A stretch of DNA of 64,000 nucleotides. Origin: an uncultured Syntrophaceae bacterium (GTDB lineage: Bacteria; Desulfobacterota; Syntrophia; Syntrophales; UBA6807). The translations under genes and the position numbers were made by a program. The notes beneath the pieces are model-generated. The model did no database searches. It was not told where the DNA came from and saw only the letters and a list, made by a program, of their open reading frames with translations. Positions 55,716 through 64,000 of the stretch are shown one piece after another. The stretch's first letter is position 1; every line of letters begins with the position of its first letter. The stretch spans positions 3,867 to 67,866 of the forward strand of contig CAZGAK010000001.1 in assembly GCA_964523565.1 (NCBI GenBank). The letters run 5' to 3'.

Positions 55716-57070
55716 TGGTTGACCTTTATCAGAACAGACGAAACTTGATAACGTATATCCTGACACTTCTTGTCGTTACCCTTTTTGCATTATGGCTCAG
55801 ACACCTGGATATAGAATCGAGCTGGCAGCGAGCAGGCATGATAAATTTTTCACTCGGTTTTGTACTGCTGGCGGCCTATATGAGCGCGCAGATTCTGAAA
55901 ATGGTCCGACTTCCCCTTATCAGCGGTTATATCATTGTCGGAATTATTGCGGGTCCTTATGTGAGCGATTTTCTTACGGAGGATATGATTACCAGATTCG
56001 GGTTTATCAATGACGTTGCCCTGAGTTTTATCGCGCTGACTGCCGGTGGCGCCTTGCATCTGCAATCTCTCAAGAAACGCCGCAAAATCATTGTCCTCAA
56101 CATTTTGTTTCTTACCCTGATGGTTTTCGGATTTGTGTTTATGTTTTTTGTATTTATGGGAAACCATTTCAGTCTTACACGGAACCTCTCATCAATTCAG
56201 ATCATGGCATTTGCCGTTCTGGTTGGTGTTGTTGCCGTGGCACGGTCCCCCTCATCCGCTATTGCGATTATCAGTGAATCTCGCGCTTCCGGTCCATTTA
56301 CGGAAACCGTACTCGGGGTTACAGTTGCCATGGATGTGCTTATAATCGTCCTCTTCACGGTTGCGCTGACAGTGGCCAGGATTATTCTGGGCGGCAGTGG
56401 AATGGTGGATACACAGGTCTTTATGGCCGTATCCATGGAAATAGCGGTTTCATTCTTTCTTGGCGCGTTGCTGGGTAAAGGAATTTCGCTTTATATTGAT
56501 CGAATTCGACATGACCTTCCTCTGTTCCTCCTTTTCCTGGCTTTCGGAGTGAGCAAGATTTCCATGTGGGCAAGCAGTTCCATGGAGAGCTATTTTGATA
56601 TACATCTGCATTTAGAACCATTGCTGATTTGTATGAGTGCCGGGTTTGTCGTTCAGAATTTCAGTAAAACGGGATCTTATTTTATGGAGAGCCTGGACCG
56701 TATTAGTCTGCCCGTCTATGTCCTCTTTTTTTCTCTTGCGGGTGCTTCCCTGAACTTTGATGCACTTAAAGTGTGCTGGTTGTTGACTTTATGCCTTGCA
56801 GTTGTACGTGTGGCGGGGATTTTTTGTGCCACATGGCTTGCCGGTACCGTTGCCGGGGACCCGCCACTTCACAACCGCAGTGCGTGGATGGCTTACCTTA
56901 CACAGGCCGGGGTTGCCATAGGCCTGGCCCAAATGGCCGAGCGCGAGTTTCCTGGAATTGGTGTGTATTTGACCACTGTTATCCTGGCTTTGATTTTTGT
57001 CAATCAGGTGGTAGGGCCTGTTACATTCAAGACAGTTCTGAATCTCGTAGGAGAGGCAAAGATCCGCTGA
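55715..57070 (+). CDS. Cation:proton antiporter family membrane protein
   Basis: 451 aa polytopic protein (PLISGYIIVGIIAGPYV, typical of the Na_H_Exchanger N-terminus). Its start abuts the stop of the preceding paralog. Confidence 0.65.
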   Translation: MVDLYQNRRNLITYILTLLVVTLFALWLRHLDIESSWQRAGMINFSLGFVLLAAYMSAQILKMVRLPLISGYIIVGIIAGPYVSDFLTEDMITRFGFINDVALSFIALTAGGALHLQSLKKRRKIIVLNILFLTLMVFGFVFMFFVFMGNHFSLTRNLSSIQIMAFAVLVGVVAVARSPSSAIAIISESRASGPFTETVLGVTVAMDVLIIVLFTVALTVARIILGGSGMVDTQVFMAVSMEIAVSFFLGALLGKGISLYIDRIRHDLPLFLLFLAFGVSKISMWASSSMESYFDIHLHLEPLLICMSAGFVVQNFSKTGSYFMESLDRISLPVYVLFFSLAGASLNFDALKVCWLLTLCLAVVRVAGIFCATWLAGTVAGDPPLHNRSAWMAYLTQAGVAIGLAQMAEREFPGIGVYLTTVILALIFVNQVVGPVTFKTVLNLVGEAKIR

Positions 57071-57074
57071 AATC

Positions 57075-57551
57075 CTAATCCCGGGCAGGTTTTTCTTTCA
57101 GAGCCCTTCCTATCTTTTTTTCTATGTGGCGATGACGTTCTACCGGATCTTCCCGGCGGCCCAGACGCCCGAAACGTGTAGCGGGCGCAACAATATAAAT
57201 ACCCTGGGAAGGTTTTCCCGTGTCGGCACATAGCGCTTCAAGATAAGCAATCGCCTGATCGAGGACCTCCTGATCCTTGATGATGGTAAACAGGGTTTTG
57301 TTGTGGGGCATTCCGCCGCTGGTAAGAGCCCGGAAACCTGCGAAGATAGGAATATGGTGGCTGATCAACTGAAGGGAGTCGGTGCTCTCTATTACCGTGG
57401 CACCGGTGATTCCGATATCCAGCCAGCCCGTGATGAGTTCATCCAGGAGTTCTTCATTATTAATCACGGTAATTAGAATATACACGTATTGCTCTCTTCT
57501 TGAGACCTTTGCATAACGTCCCCTTTTGCCCAATTTCTGCGTCATGCTCAA
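57075..57551 (-). CDS. Hypothetical protein with a PII-like (double beta-alpha-beta) pattern
   Basis: YVYILITVINNEELLDELITGWLDIGITGATVIES and TLFTIIKDQEVLDQAIAYLE resemble PII-like fold repeats. The assignment is weak. Confidence 0.3.
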   Translation of the reverse strand: MSMTQKLGKRGRYAKVSRREQYVYILITVINNEELLDELITGWLDIGITGATVIESTDSLQLISHHIPIFAGFRALTSGGMPHNKTLFTIIKDQEVLDQAIAYLEALCADTGKPSQGIYIVAPATRFGRLGRREDPVERHRHIEKKIGRALKEKPARD

Positions 57552-57670
57552 ATTTTAATCCTCGAAATACTCAATGTATTCCTGTGGTTAAAATTTTCAC
57601 CTTCCTTGAACTTGAACAAAATTGAACATTCTGCAAAGGTCTCTTCTTAAAGTAAGTTGCTTATTAACGA

Positions 57671-58141
57671 TCAGTGGAAAGGCATTTTTTCTTCGAGATC
57701 GGTGATTTCCTCGCAGAGCTTCTTCGGGATCCTTGCTTTTCTCACTGTTTCTAAAAATTCAGGCTTCTTGCAGAGCCTTGAGACGCCTGCGAGTATTCGA
57801 AGGTGCAGAGTCGTTTGATTTTCAGGAACAATCAGCGCCAGAATAATGTCTACAGGTAAAGCGTCCAGGGCTTCAAAATCGATGGGTTCTGCCAGGTGGA
57901 TCATAATAATGAATGCATCCTGTGCTTCCCGGCTGGTTGTGTGAGGTAAACCAATACCGCCGCCTACACCTGTACTCATGGTTTGTTCCCGTTTTTTCAT
58001 GCCTTCATAGAGAGCGTCAGCGTCTTCCACAATGCCGTCCTTCGTGCAGGTATCGGCCACAAAACGAAGCACAGCCTCCTTGTCTGGAAATAGAGTGTTC
58101 AAAAAAATATGTTCGGTCCGAAGGTATCTGCAGATTTTCAT
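57671..58141 (-). CDS. ptsN: PTS EIIA(Ntr)-type regulatory protein (PtsN-like)
   Basis: 156 aa. Phosphorylatable His context GIGLPHT, with an EIIA-2 fold pattern. Confidence 0.75.
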   Translation of the reverse strand: MKICRYLRTEHIFLNTLFPDKEAVLRFVADTCTKDGIVEDADALYEGMKKREQTMSTGVGGGIGLPHTTSREAQDAFIIMIHLAEPIDFEALDALPVDIILALIVPENQTTLHLRILAGVSRLCKKPEFLETVRKARIPKKLCEEITDLEEKMPFH

Positions 58142-58410
58142 AATACGTCAACTCTCTTATAGTAAACAGGAAATTACTTCTCTATTAATTTTATTATAAA
58201 AAAATGTCAAGTACGAACAAAGGGAAGCAAACAGCAAAATGGGAGTCAACTATCTTCCGGGACTACACGGTTATCTGTAAAAAGGCCTTCAAATAAGGAT
58301 GCAAGATTCGTCAACCTTTACACGCTTTACATTGACAGGTAATTATACTATATTAACTTTTTTAAAATTAATGATAAGTTTTTCCAAAAGGCCTTGTAAT
58401 ATATTCAACA

Positions 58411-58574
58411 ATAACTAGTGTCATGGCAAGCTTGCAATGACGCACAAGCCTTCGTCATTGCGAGGCCGAAGGCCGTGGCAATCTCTTGGATTATGCCAAG
58501 TTAGCTCCCAGTAGCAGGAGATTGCTTCGCTTCGCTCGCAATGAAACTCGAGACTTGACACGACACTAGTGTTA
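58411..58574. mobile_element. 164 bp MITE-like structured repeat (family 4) with roughly 20 bp terminal inverted repeats
   Basis: Left end ATAACTAGTGTCATGGCAAG; right end CTTGACACGACACTAGTGTTAT. Internally, TCATTGCGAGGCCGAAGGCCGTGGCAATCTC is paired with GAGATTGCTTCGCTTCGCTCGCAATGA. Confidence 0.75.
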
Positions 58575-58593
58575 TCTTGATTGAGGTGTCTTT

Positions 58594-59052
58594 CTGGTAG
58601 AAAAATTTATAAAAGTTACGGCAACCGGTTTCGGTGTCGGCCTTTCACCGTATGCTCCAGGTACCCTGGGAACATTAATTGGAATACCTGTATACCTTGT
58701 CTTTTCACGCTTCCCCTGGTTTTTACATCTTCTGTCGGTGGTTGCTTTGTCCTTCCTTGCGGTGTACATATCCCAGGAAGCGGAGAAAATATTCAATAAA
58801 AAGGATGCGTCACAGATTGTCATTGATGAGATTGTGGGGTTTCAATTTACCATGTTTCTTGTTACGCCGACGATTTCGCATGTATTGACGGGATTTATTC
58901 TTTTCAGGTTTTTTGATATATTAAAACCCTTCCCTGTTCGTTTATGTGAAAGGCGTTTACCTGGTGGATACGGAGTAGTAGTGGACGATATCGCTGCGGG
59001 TATTTACGGGAATGTCATTTTACTGTTATTGATTAAATTCGCTGGAATTTAG
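58594..59052 (+). CDS. pgpA: Phosphatidylglycerophosphatase A, with a probable non-canonical CTG start
   Basis: The conserved N-terminal motif TATGFGVGLSPYAPGTLGTLIGIP is encoded at about 58615-58686. That is in frame with, but upstream of, the first ATG/GTG/TTG at 58738. CTG 58594 is preceded by GAGGTG at a spacing of 5 nt, and an in-frame stop lies at 58582. Confidence 0.65.
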   Translation: MVEKFIKVTATGFGVGLSPYAPGTLGTLIGIPVYLVFSRFPWFLHLLSVVALSFLAVYISQEAEKIFNKKDASQIVIDEIVGFQFTMFLVTPTISHVLTGFILFRFFDILKPFPVRLCERRLPGGYGVVVDDIAAGIYGNVILLLLIKFAGI

Positions 59053-59056
59053 AGAG

Positions 59057-60325
59057 TTGTTCAAATTGGATGTCGGCATATTAACAATCGGAGATGAATT
59101 AACAAGCGGTATGATACAGGATACCAATTCCTCATTCATGTCGCGCCAGTTGAATTCCGAGGGATGGCACGTATCAGCCACTATGTCCGTTGGTGACGAT
59201 GAAGCTGCCATTAAAAAGGGATTGGAATATCTTCTTGAGATCTCAGATGCAGTTATCGTTACAGGCGGTCTTGGTCCAACTTCCGACGATATAACAACTG
59301 CCTCTATAGCAAAAGCATTTGGGCTCAAATTGTATACGGATGACTCTGTTCTCAGCGAAATTAAGAAAAGATTTGAGAAATTCCGCATTCAATGGACGGA
59401 TAACAATGCCAAACAGGCCATGTTTCCTGAAGGCGCTGCCACGATATTGAATCCCGTCGGAACTGCCTGGGGTTTTTCTCTGAAAAAGGATGGTAAAATT
59501 GTTGCTGTCATACCCGGTGTTCCTTTTGAGGTAAAAAGGATGTTTCCCGAAGGTGTAATTCCTCTATTCAGAAAAGAATTTAAGGAGCCCGTTCAATACA
59601 GTTCAAAAAGGACAATAAAGCTTTTCGGGATTTCTGAATCCAGGGTCGATGAGGCTCTGTCCGGTGAGGAGTTTAAGATTCCCGGTGTGGCTATTGGATT
59701 TTACCCCAGATTTCCGGAAAATCATCTGGTTATCACGTCAAAGGGCGACGACAAGGAAACGTCAATAGAGAATCTGAAAGTAATAGAAGAAAAAATTATA
59801 GAAAGACTTGAAAAATATATATTTGGCTATGATAATGAAACCCTCGAAGGAATAGTTGCATCTCTTCTTACGAAGAAAAATTTGACACTGTCAGTAGCAG
59901 AATCGTGCACCGGCGGCCTCATAACCGATCGTCTCACAAATATACCGGGGAGCTCGAAATTTCTTGACAGGGGAGTGGTTGTCTACAGTAATATCTCAAA
60001 GATGGAAATTCTCGATGTTCCCTCTTCAGTCCTGGATGAGCATGGTGCCGTAAGTGAGCAAACGGCTGTTTCGATGGCGGAAGGCGTACGAAAGCTGGGG
60101 AAAACAGATATCGGTCTCTCCGTGACAGGTATTGCGGGACCAACGGGTGGAACGGTAGAAAAACCGGTCGGCACCGTCTTTATTGCGGTGACTGATGGAA
60201 GTGATACGGTTTGCCGCAAGTTTCTCTTTCGCTGGGAGAGAAGGAGAGTAAAGGAAATTTCATCTCAATGGTCTCTTGAAATTCTCAGGAGGTTCCTAGT
60301 GAGGTATGGTGACAGTGACAGATGA
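59057..60325 (+). CDS. cinA: CinA-family competence/damage-inducible protein (MoCF-binding domain plus PncC NMN deamidase domain)
   Basis: N-terminus ILTIGDELTSG...VIVTGGLGPTSDDIT and C-terminus LSVAESCTGGLITDRLT...GLSVTGIAGPTGG. Confidence 0.85.
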   Translation: MFKLDVGILTIGDELTSGMIQDTNSSFMSRQLNSEGWHVSATMSVGDDEAAIKKGLEYLLEISDAVIVTGGLGPTSDDITTASIAKAFGLKLYTDDSVLSEIKKRFEKFRIQWTDNNAKQAMFPEGAATILNPVGTAWGFSLKKDGKIVAVIPGVPFEVKRMFPEGVIPLFRKEFKEPVQYSSKRTIKLFGISESRVDEALSGEEFKIPGVAIGFYPRFPENHLVITSKGDDKETSIENLKVIEEKIIERLEKYIFGYDNETLEGIVASLLTKKNLTLSVAESCTGGLITDRLTNIPGSSKFLDRGVVVYSNISKMEILDVPSSVLDEHGAVSEQTAVSMAEGVRKLGKTDIGLSVTGIAGPTGGTVEKPVGTVFIAVTDGSDTVCRKFLFRWERRRVKEISSQWSLEILRRFLVRYGDSDR

Positions 60326-60896
60326 AAAACCGAAAAGAGTTTTTCTGGCTATAGAGCTTCCGGAGGATGTGAAAAATCGGATCATTACAATCCAGAACAG
60401 GTTAAAATATCTCATTGAAGGCGTCAGGTGGACGAGGCCGGAGGGAATCCATTTGACACTGAAGTTTTTTGGCAATATTTATGAAAAAGATGTTGCTCAA
60501 ATCTCGGAAGTCGTTTCAAGGAACACAAAAAATGCCGAGACTATTTCATTGAGAGGGGGAAAAGTTGGAGCATTCCCAAAGCTGGAAAGACCTCGAGTCC
60601 TGTGGTTTGGACTTGATGGAGACATAGAAAGGTTGTCGGTTCTTCAAAGGGCAATTGAGACAGATCTTGAGGCATACGGTTATAAAAAAGAAGAACGTAA
60701 GTTCAGACCTCATCTGACACTGGGAAGGGCCAGGTCATTCAGGGGGATGATAACGGGTCTTTCGGAAGCGATCAAAAGGGAAGATGATTATCAGGCAGGA
60801 CAATTTGATTCAAAAGGTCTAACCCTTTTTCAGAGTGAACTGAAGCCGGGTGGGGCCGTTTACACAGAGCTTGCATATTTTCCTTTTAGGGAGTAG
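60306..60896 (+). CDS. thpR: RNA 2',3'-cyclic phosphodiesterase (2H family, ThpR/LigT)
   Basis: Two H-x-T-x motifs, HLTLKF and HLTLGR, at the expected spacing. Confidence 0.8.
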   Translation: MVTVTDEKPKRVFLAIELPEDVKNRIITIQNRLKYLIEGVRWTRPEGIHLTLKFFGNIYEKDVAQISEVVSRNTKNAETISLRGGKVGAFPKLERPRVLWFGLDGDIERLSVLQRAIETDLEAYGYKKEERKFRPHLTLGRARSFRGMITGLSEAIKREDDYQAGQFDSKGLTLFQSELKPGGAVYTELAYFPFRE

Positions 60897-60970
60897 TAAA
60901 AATAAGTTTCGAGTTGAAGAATGAAACCCAGCAAAATGAAAAATGACGAAAAACGAAAAGGAGGGTCATT

Positions 60971-61993
60971 ATGGCATCCGATGTAGATAAAGAAAAAGCG
61001 GTAGATCTGGCGATAACCCAGATCGAACGGCAGTTTGGAAAAGGTTCAATAATGAGATTGGGGGGGGAGGTCGCTGTCCCGGGTGTTCCGGCCATATCGA
61101 CAGGTGCGCTCAGTCTCGATATAGCCCTCGGTGTCGGTGGAGTGCCTCGGGGACGGGTTGTTGAAATATTCGGTCCCGAGTCGGGTGGTAAAACGACATT
61201 AGCCCTCCATATCGTTGCAGAAGCACAGAAGAAGAGTGGGCTTGCCGCCTTTATTGATGCGGAACATGCTCTTGACATCAACTATGCGGCGAAGATCGGG
61301 GTAGATACTGATTCCCTGCTCATATCTCAACCCGATACGGGGGAACAGGCTCTTGAGATTGCTGAAGTCCTGGTGAGAAGCGGGGCACTGGACGTCCTTG
61401 TTATAGATTCCGTTGCCGCCCTCGTTCCCAAATCGGAACTTGAGGGTGATATGGGTGATGCCCAGATGGGTCTTCAGGCACGGCTAATGTCTCAGGCACT
61501 TCGAAAGCTTACGGGGAGCATCAGCAAGTCGAAGACAACGGTTATTTTTATCAACCAGATCAGGATGAAGATAGGTGTATTTTTCGGTAATCCCGAAACA
61601 ACAAGCGGTGGTAATGCCCTCAAATTTTACTCCTCCATGCGGATGGATATAAGAAGGATAGGTGCAATCAAACATGGACAGGATGTTATAGGAAACAGAA
61701 CCAGGGTTAAAGTTGTAAAGAACAAGGTCGCCCCTCCCTTCAGGGAAGCGGAGTTTGATATCATTTTCGGAGAAGGGATTTCAAAGGAAAATGATCTCAT
61801 AGATCTTGCTTCCAATGGTGGAATTATCGAGAAAAGCGGTGCATGGTATTCATATGGAGGAGAAAGACTGGGACAGGGAAGAGAAAATGCGGGGCTCTTT
61901 CTGAAGGAAAATCCTGACCTTTTGACCAAAATAGAAGATGAAATTCGAGAAAGATTCAACCTGAAAAAGGAGATTACAGAAGAGGAAGAATAA
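60971..61993 (+). CDS. recA: Recombinase RecA
   Basis: [10 protein letters not shown], Walker [10 protein letters not shown], and [38 protein letters not shown]. Confidence 0.97.
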   Translation: MASDVDKEKAVDLAITQIERQFGKGSIMRLGGEVAVPGVPAISTGALSLDIALGVGGVPRGRVVEIFGPESGGKTTLALHIVAEAQKKSGLAAFIDAEHALDINYAAKIGVDTDSLLISQPDTGEQALEIAEVLVRSGALDVLVIDSVAALVPKSELEGDMGDAQMGLQARLMSQALRKLTGSISKSKTTVIFINQIRMKIGVFFGNPETTSGGNALKFYSSMRMDIRRIGAIKHGQDVIGNRTRVKVVKNKVAPPFREAEFDIIFGEGISKENDLIDLASNGGIIEKSGAWYSYGGERLGQGRENAGLFLKENPDLLTKIEDEIRERFNLKKEITEEEE

Positions 61994-62502
61994 TGGGAGG
62001 CGATCTTTTATTTGAAAAGGCAAAGCAAAAGGCCTTTCGTCTCCTCCTGGTGAGATCGAGAAGTACAAAAGAGTTGCGATTGAAACTGAAGGAAAGGGGT
62101 TTTGAGGAAACGGTAATAAATAACGTTATTGACAGGCTTTTAGAACTCAAGTACCTGGATGACGAAGCTTTTGCAAAAGGTTGGGCAAGAAATCTCGCAG
62201 TGAACAGACTGTGGGGAAATAGAAAAATTGAAATAAGCCTGCTGGAAAAAGGAATTTCCGGGGAGCTCGCTGAACAGTCTATTGTCCATGCAAGGGAAGA
62301 AATCGGGGAAAGAGGGGCTATCGAAAAACTTGTAGAAAAAAAATGTGGGAAAGCAGTTGCGTCTGAAGAGAACGCCAGGTTTATTTCTGCTAAAGAGAAA
62401 GGACGATTAATACGAAACCTTATGAGCAGGAGTTTTCCACTGGAATTGATATTTGATGTGTTAGGAAAACCAAGGGAGGAATGTACTGATGACAGGGAGT
62501 GA
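61993..62502 (+). CDS. recX: RecA regulator RecX
   Basis: 169 aa helical-repeat protein (ALRLL-type N-terminus, [14 protein letters not shown]), directly after recA. Confidence 0.85.
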   Translation: MGGDLLFEKAKQKAFRLLLVRSRSTKELRLKLKERGFEETVINNVIDRLLELKYLDDEAFAKGWARNLAVNRLWGNRKIEISLLEKGISGELAEQSIVHAREEIGERGAIEKLVEKKCGKAVASEENARFISAKEKGRLIRNLMSRSFPLELIFDVLGKPREECTDDRE

Positions 62503-64000
62503 AATCAGAGGGAAATTTTTAAAATACTTTGAGGAGAGAGGGCATGCCGTCATAGCGAGTTCGGGGCTTGTGCCAAAGGAAGATCCGACACTTCTCTTTA
62601 CGAATTCCGGTATGGTTCAATTCAAAAACCTGTTCCTGGGAACAGAGGAGCGAGGATACACCCGGGCTGCTTCCTCACAAAAATGTGTTCGGGCGGGTGG
62701 AAAGCATAACGACCTGGAAAATGTGGGGTTTACCGCACGTCATCATACCTTTTTTGAAATGTTGGGCAATTTTTCCTTCGGCGACTATTTCAAGGATGAG
62801 GCCATAGCCTGGGGGTGGGAATTTCTTACGGAGGTAATGGGTCTTCCTGAAGAAAAGCTGATAATTACCATTTATAAGGATGACGATGAGGCCTTTGAGA
62901 TATGGAATAAAAAGATGGGCATACCGGCGGAGCGAATTGTTCGTCTGGGTGAAAAAGACAATTTCTGGATGATGGGTGAGACAGGCCCCTGTGGACCCTG
63001 TTCGGAGATCCTCTATGATCAGGGTGAGGGAGTTGGCTGCGGCAGGCCGGAGTGTAATGTGGAATGTGAATGCGACCGTCATCTGGAACTCTGGAACCTC
63101 GTCTTTACCCAGTTTGATCGTGACGCATCAGGAACATTGACACCCCTTCCCAAGCCGAATATCGATACGGGGATGGGCCTGGAACGACTTGCGGCGGTAA
63201 TGCAGGGGGTACAGAGTAACTATGACTGTGATTTATTCCAGGAAATCATCGAGCATATTGAGAAGGCTACGGGCAAAAAATACAAGGATAATGAAAATGA
63301 CGATATTTCCATAAGGGCCATTGCAGACCACAGCAGGGCGGTTACTTTTCTGATCAGTGATGGCGTTCTTCCGAGCAATGAGGGGAGAGGTTATGTGCTC
63401 AGGAGGATACTGAGAAGGGCTGCGCGCCATGGTAAACTTCTCGGTATGGATAAACCGTTTTTACACGACATCGTTCCTGTTGTTATAGAAAAGATGAAGG
63501 ATGCTTATTTCGAACTTTTAGATAAGGAATCTTATGTTAGAAAAGTGGTCGTCAATGAAGAACAACGCTTCATGGAAACACTCGATGCCGGCTTGAAGAT
63601 ATTGAATGATGAGGTAGAGACTCTCAAAGAGAAAGGGAAAAAAGTGGTTCCCGGTGACGTTGTTTTCAAACTTTATGATACGTTCGGGTTCCCAACGGAT
63701 CTGACGGCAGATGCTGTTCGAATCCAGGATATGACTGTTGACATGGAAGGGTTTGAAAAGGCCATGGAGGCTCAGCGTGAAAAGGCAAGAGAGTCATGGA
63801 AGGGAAGCGGCGAAGAAGAGGTTTCGGACGTTTATAGAAAACTTTCATCGAAAGGAATCTCCAATGATTTTGTCGGCTATGAAGGGGTTACAGAGGCTAT
63901 ATCACGGATTACAGCGATTCTGAAAAATGATGAAAAGGTAGATACGCTTTCGGAAGGTGAAAACGGTGAGATATTTGTTGAAAAGACACCTTTCTATGGT
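62489..64000 (+). CDS. alaS: Alanine--tRNA ligase, N-terminal 504 codons; the gene runs off the window
   Basis: Not in the ORF track because there is no stop in the window. Translation from ATG 62489 gives [47 protein letters not shown]...[40 protein letters not shown], the class II AlaRS core. Confidence 0.95.
   Translation, partial: MTGSEIRGKFLKYFEERGHAVIASSGLVPKEDPTLLFTNSGMVQFKNLFLGTEERGYTRAASSQKCVRAGGKHNDLENVGFTARHHTFFEMLGNFSFGDYFKDEAIAWGWEFLTEVMGLPEEKLIITIYKDDDEAFEIWNKKMGIPAERIVRLGEKDNFWMMGETGPCGPCSEILYDQGEGVGCGRPECNVECECDRHLELWNLVFTQFDRDASGTLTPLPKPNIDTGMGLERLAAVMQGVQSNYDCDLFQEIIEHIEKATGKKYKDNENDDISIRAIADHSRAVTFLISDGVLPSNEGRGYVLRRILRRAARHGKLLGMDKPFLHDIVPVVIEKMKDAYFELLDKESYVRKVVVNEEQRFMETLDAGLKILNDEVETLKEKGKKVVPGDVVFKLYDTFGFPTDLTADAVRIQDMTVDMEGFEKAMEAQREKARESWKGSGEEEVSDVYRKLSSKGISNDFVGYEGVTEAISRITAILKNDEKVDTLSEGENGEIFVEKTPFYG

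Noticed and set aside
58332-58360. A TTGACA-containing promoter-like sequence upstream of the family-4 element and pgpA.
   Set aside because: The best -10-like hexamers (TATACT, TATATT) are only 7-11 nt from the -35, which is not a functional spacing.

Overview
This is a 64 kb chromosomal segment, roughly 40-45% GC by eye, with gene content typical of an anaerobic Desulfobacterota/deltaproteobacterial-type organism.

**Gene blocks, in order**
- A heme cluster using the alternative siroheme-dependent route: CcsA/HemX-like, hemA, hemC, cobA-hemD, ahbC-like, hemB, a HEAT-repeat protein, ahbD-like, ahbA/B-like.
- polA.
- A small accessory metabolic block: isochorismatase-like, hotdog thioesterase, formamidase, SGNH-like.
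- A PpiD-like chaperone.
- The elongasome cluster mreB-mreC-mreD-mrdA-rodA plus a bactofilin.
- An F1Fo ATP synthase operon, atpF'-F-H-A-G-D-C, without a/c subunits.
- A repeat-riddled segment: NhaD/ArsB-type permease, an orphan 193 aa protein, a SpeD-SpeE fusion, and a CDP-alcohol phosphatidyltransferase.
- An accessory islet: hicBA, a 5'-truncated IS110 transposase, a DUF1194/PEP-CTERM protein, an HUH/Y1 transposase-like gene with a perfect 713 bp internal tandem duplication, phd-parE, and higBA.
- An acyl-CoA synthetase, a DUF4143 AAA ATPase, and sbcDC.
- Two cation:proton antiporters, then a PII-like protein and a PtsN-like EIIA.
- pgpA-cinA-thpR-recA-recX-alaS, with alaS running off the 3' end.

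I found no rRNA, tRNA or CRISPR array.

**Most unusual signal: non-coding repeats**
- A modular intergenic repeat family occurs in at least 10 copies. It has conserved asymmetric arms, each with a small hairpin and a TTAG boundary, and at least four interchangeable cores.
- The cores are built from degenerate heptanucleotide repeats, and heptad copy number varies between copies.
- One palindromic core occurs in both flip and flop orientation.
- Several arm ends supply stop codons or sit 6-10 nt from the start codons of core genes (hemA, rodA).
- Three further structured MITE-like families are present. One lies inside the atp operon. One abuts pgpA, which is left without a canonical start codon.

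All function calls rest on recognisable motifs in the supplied translations. No database search was possible.
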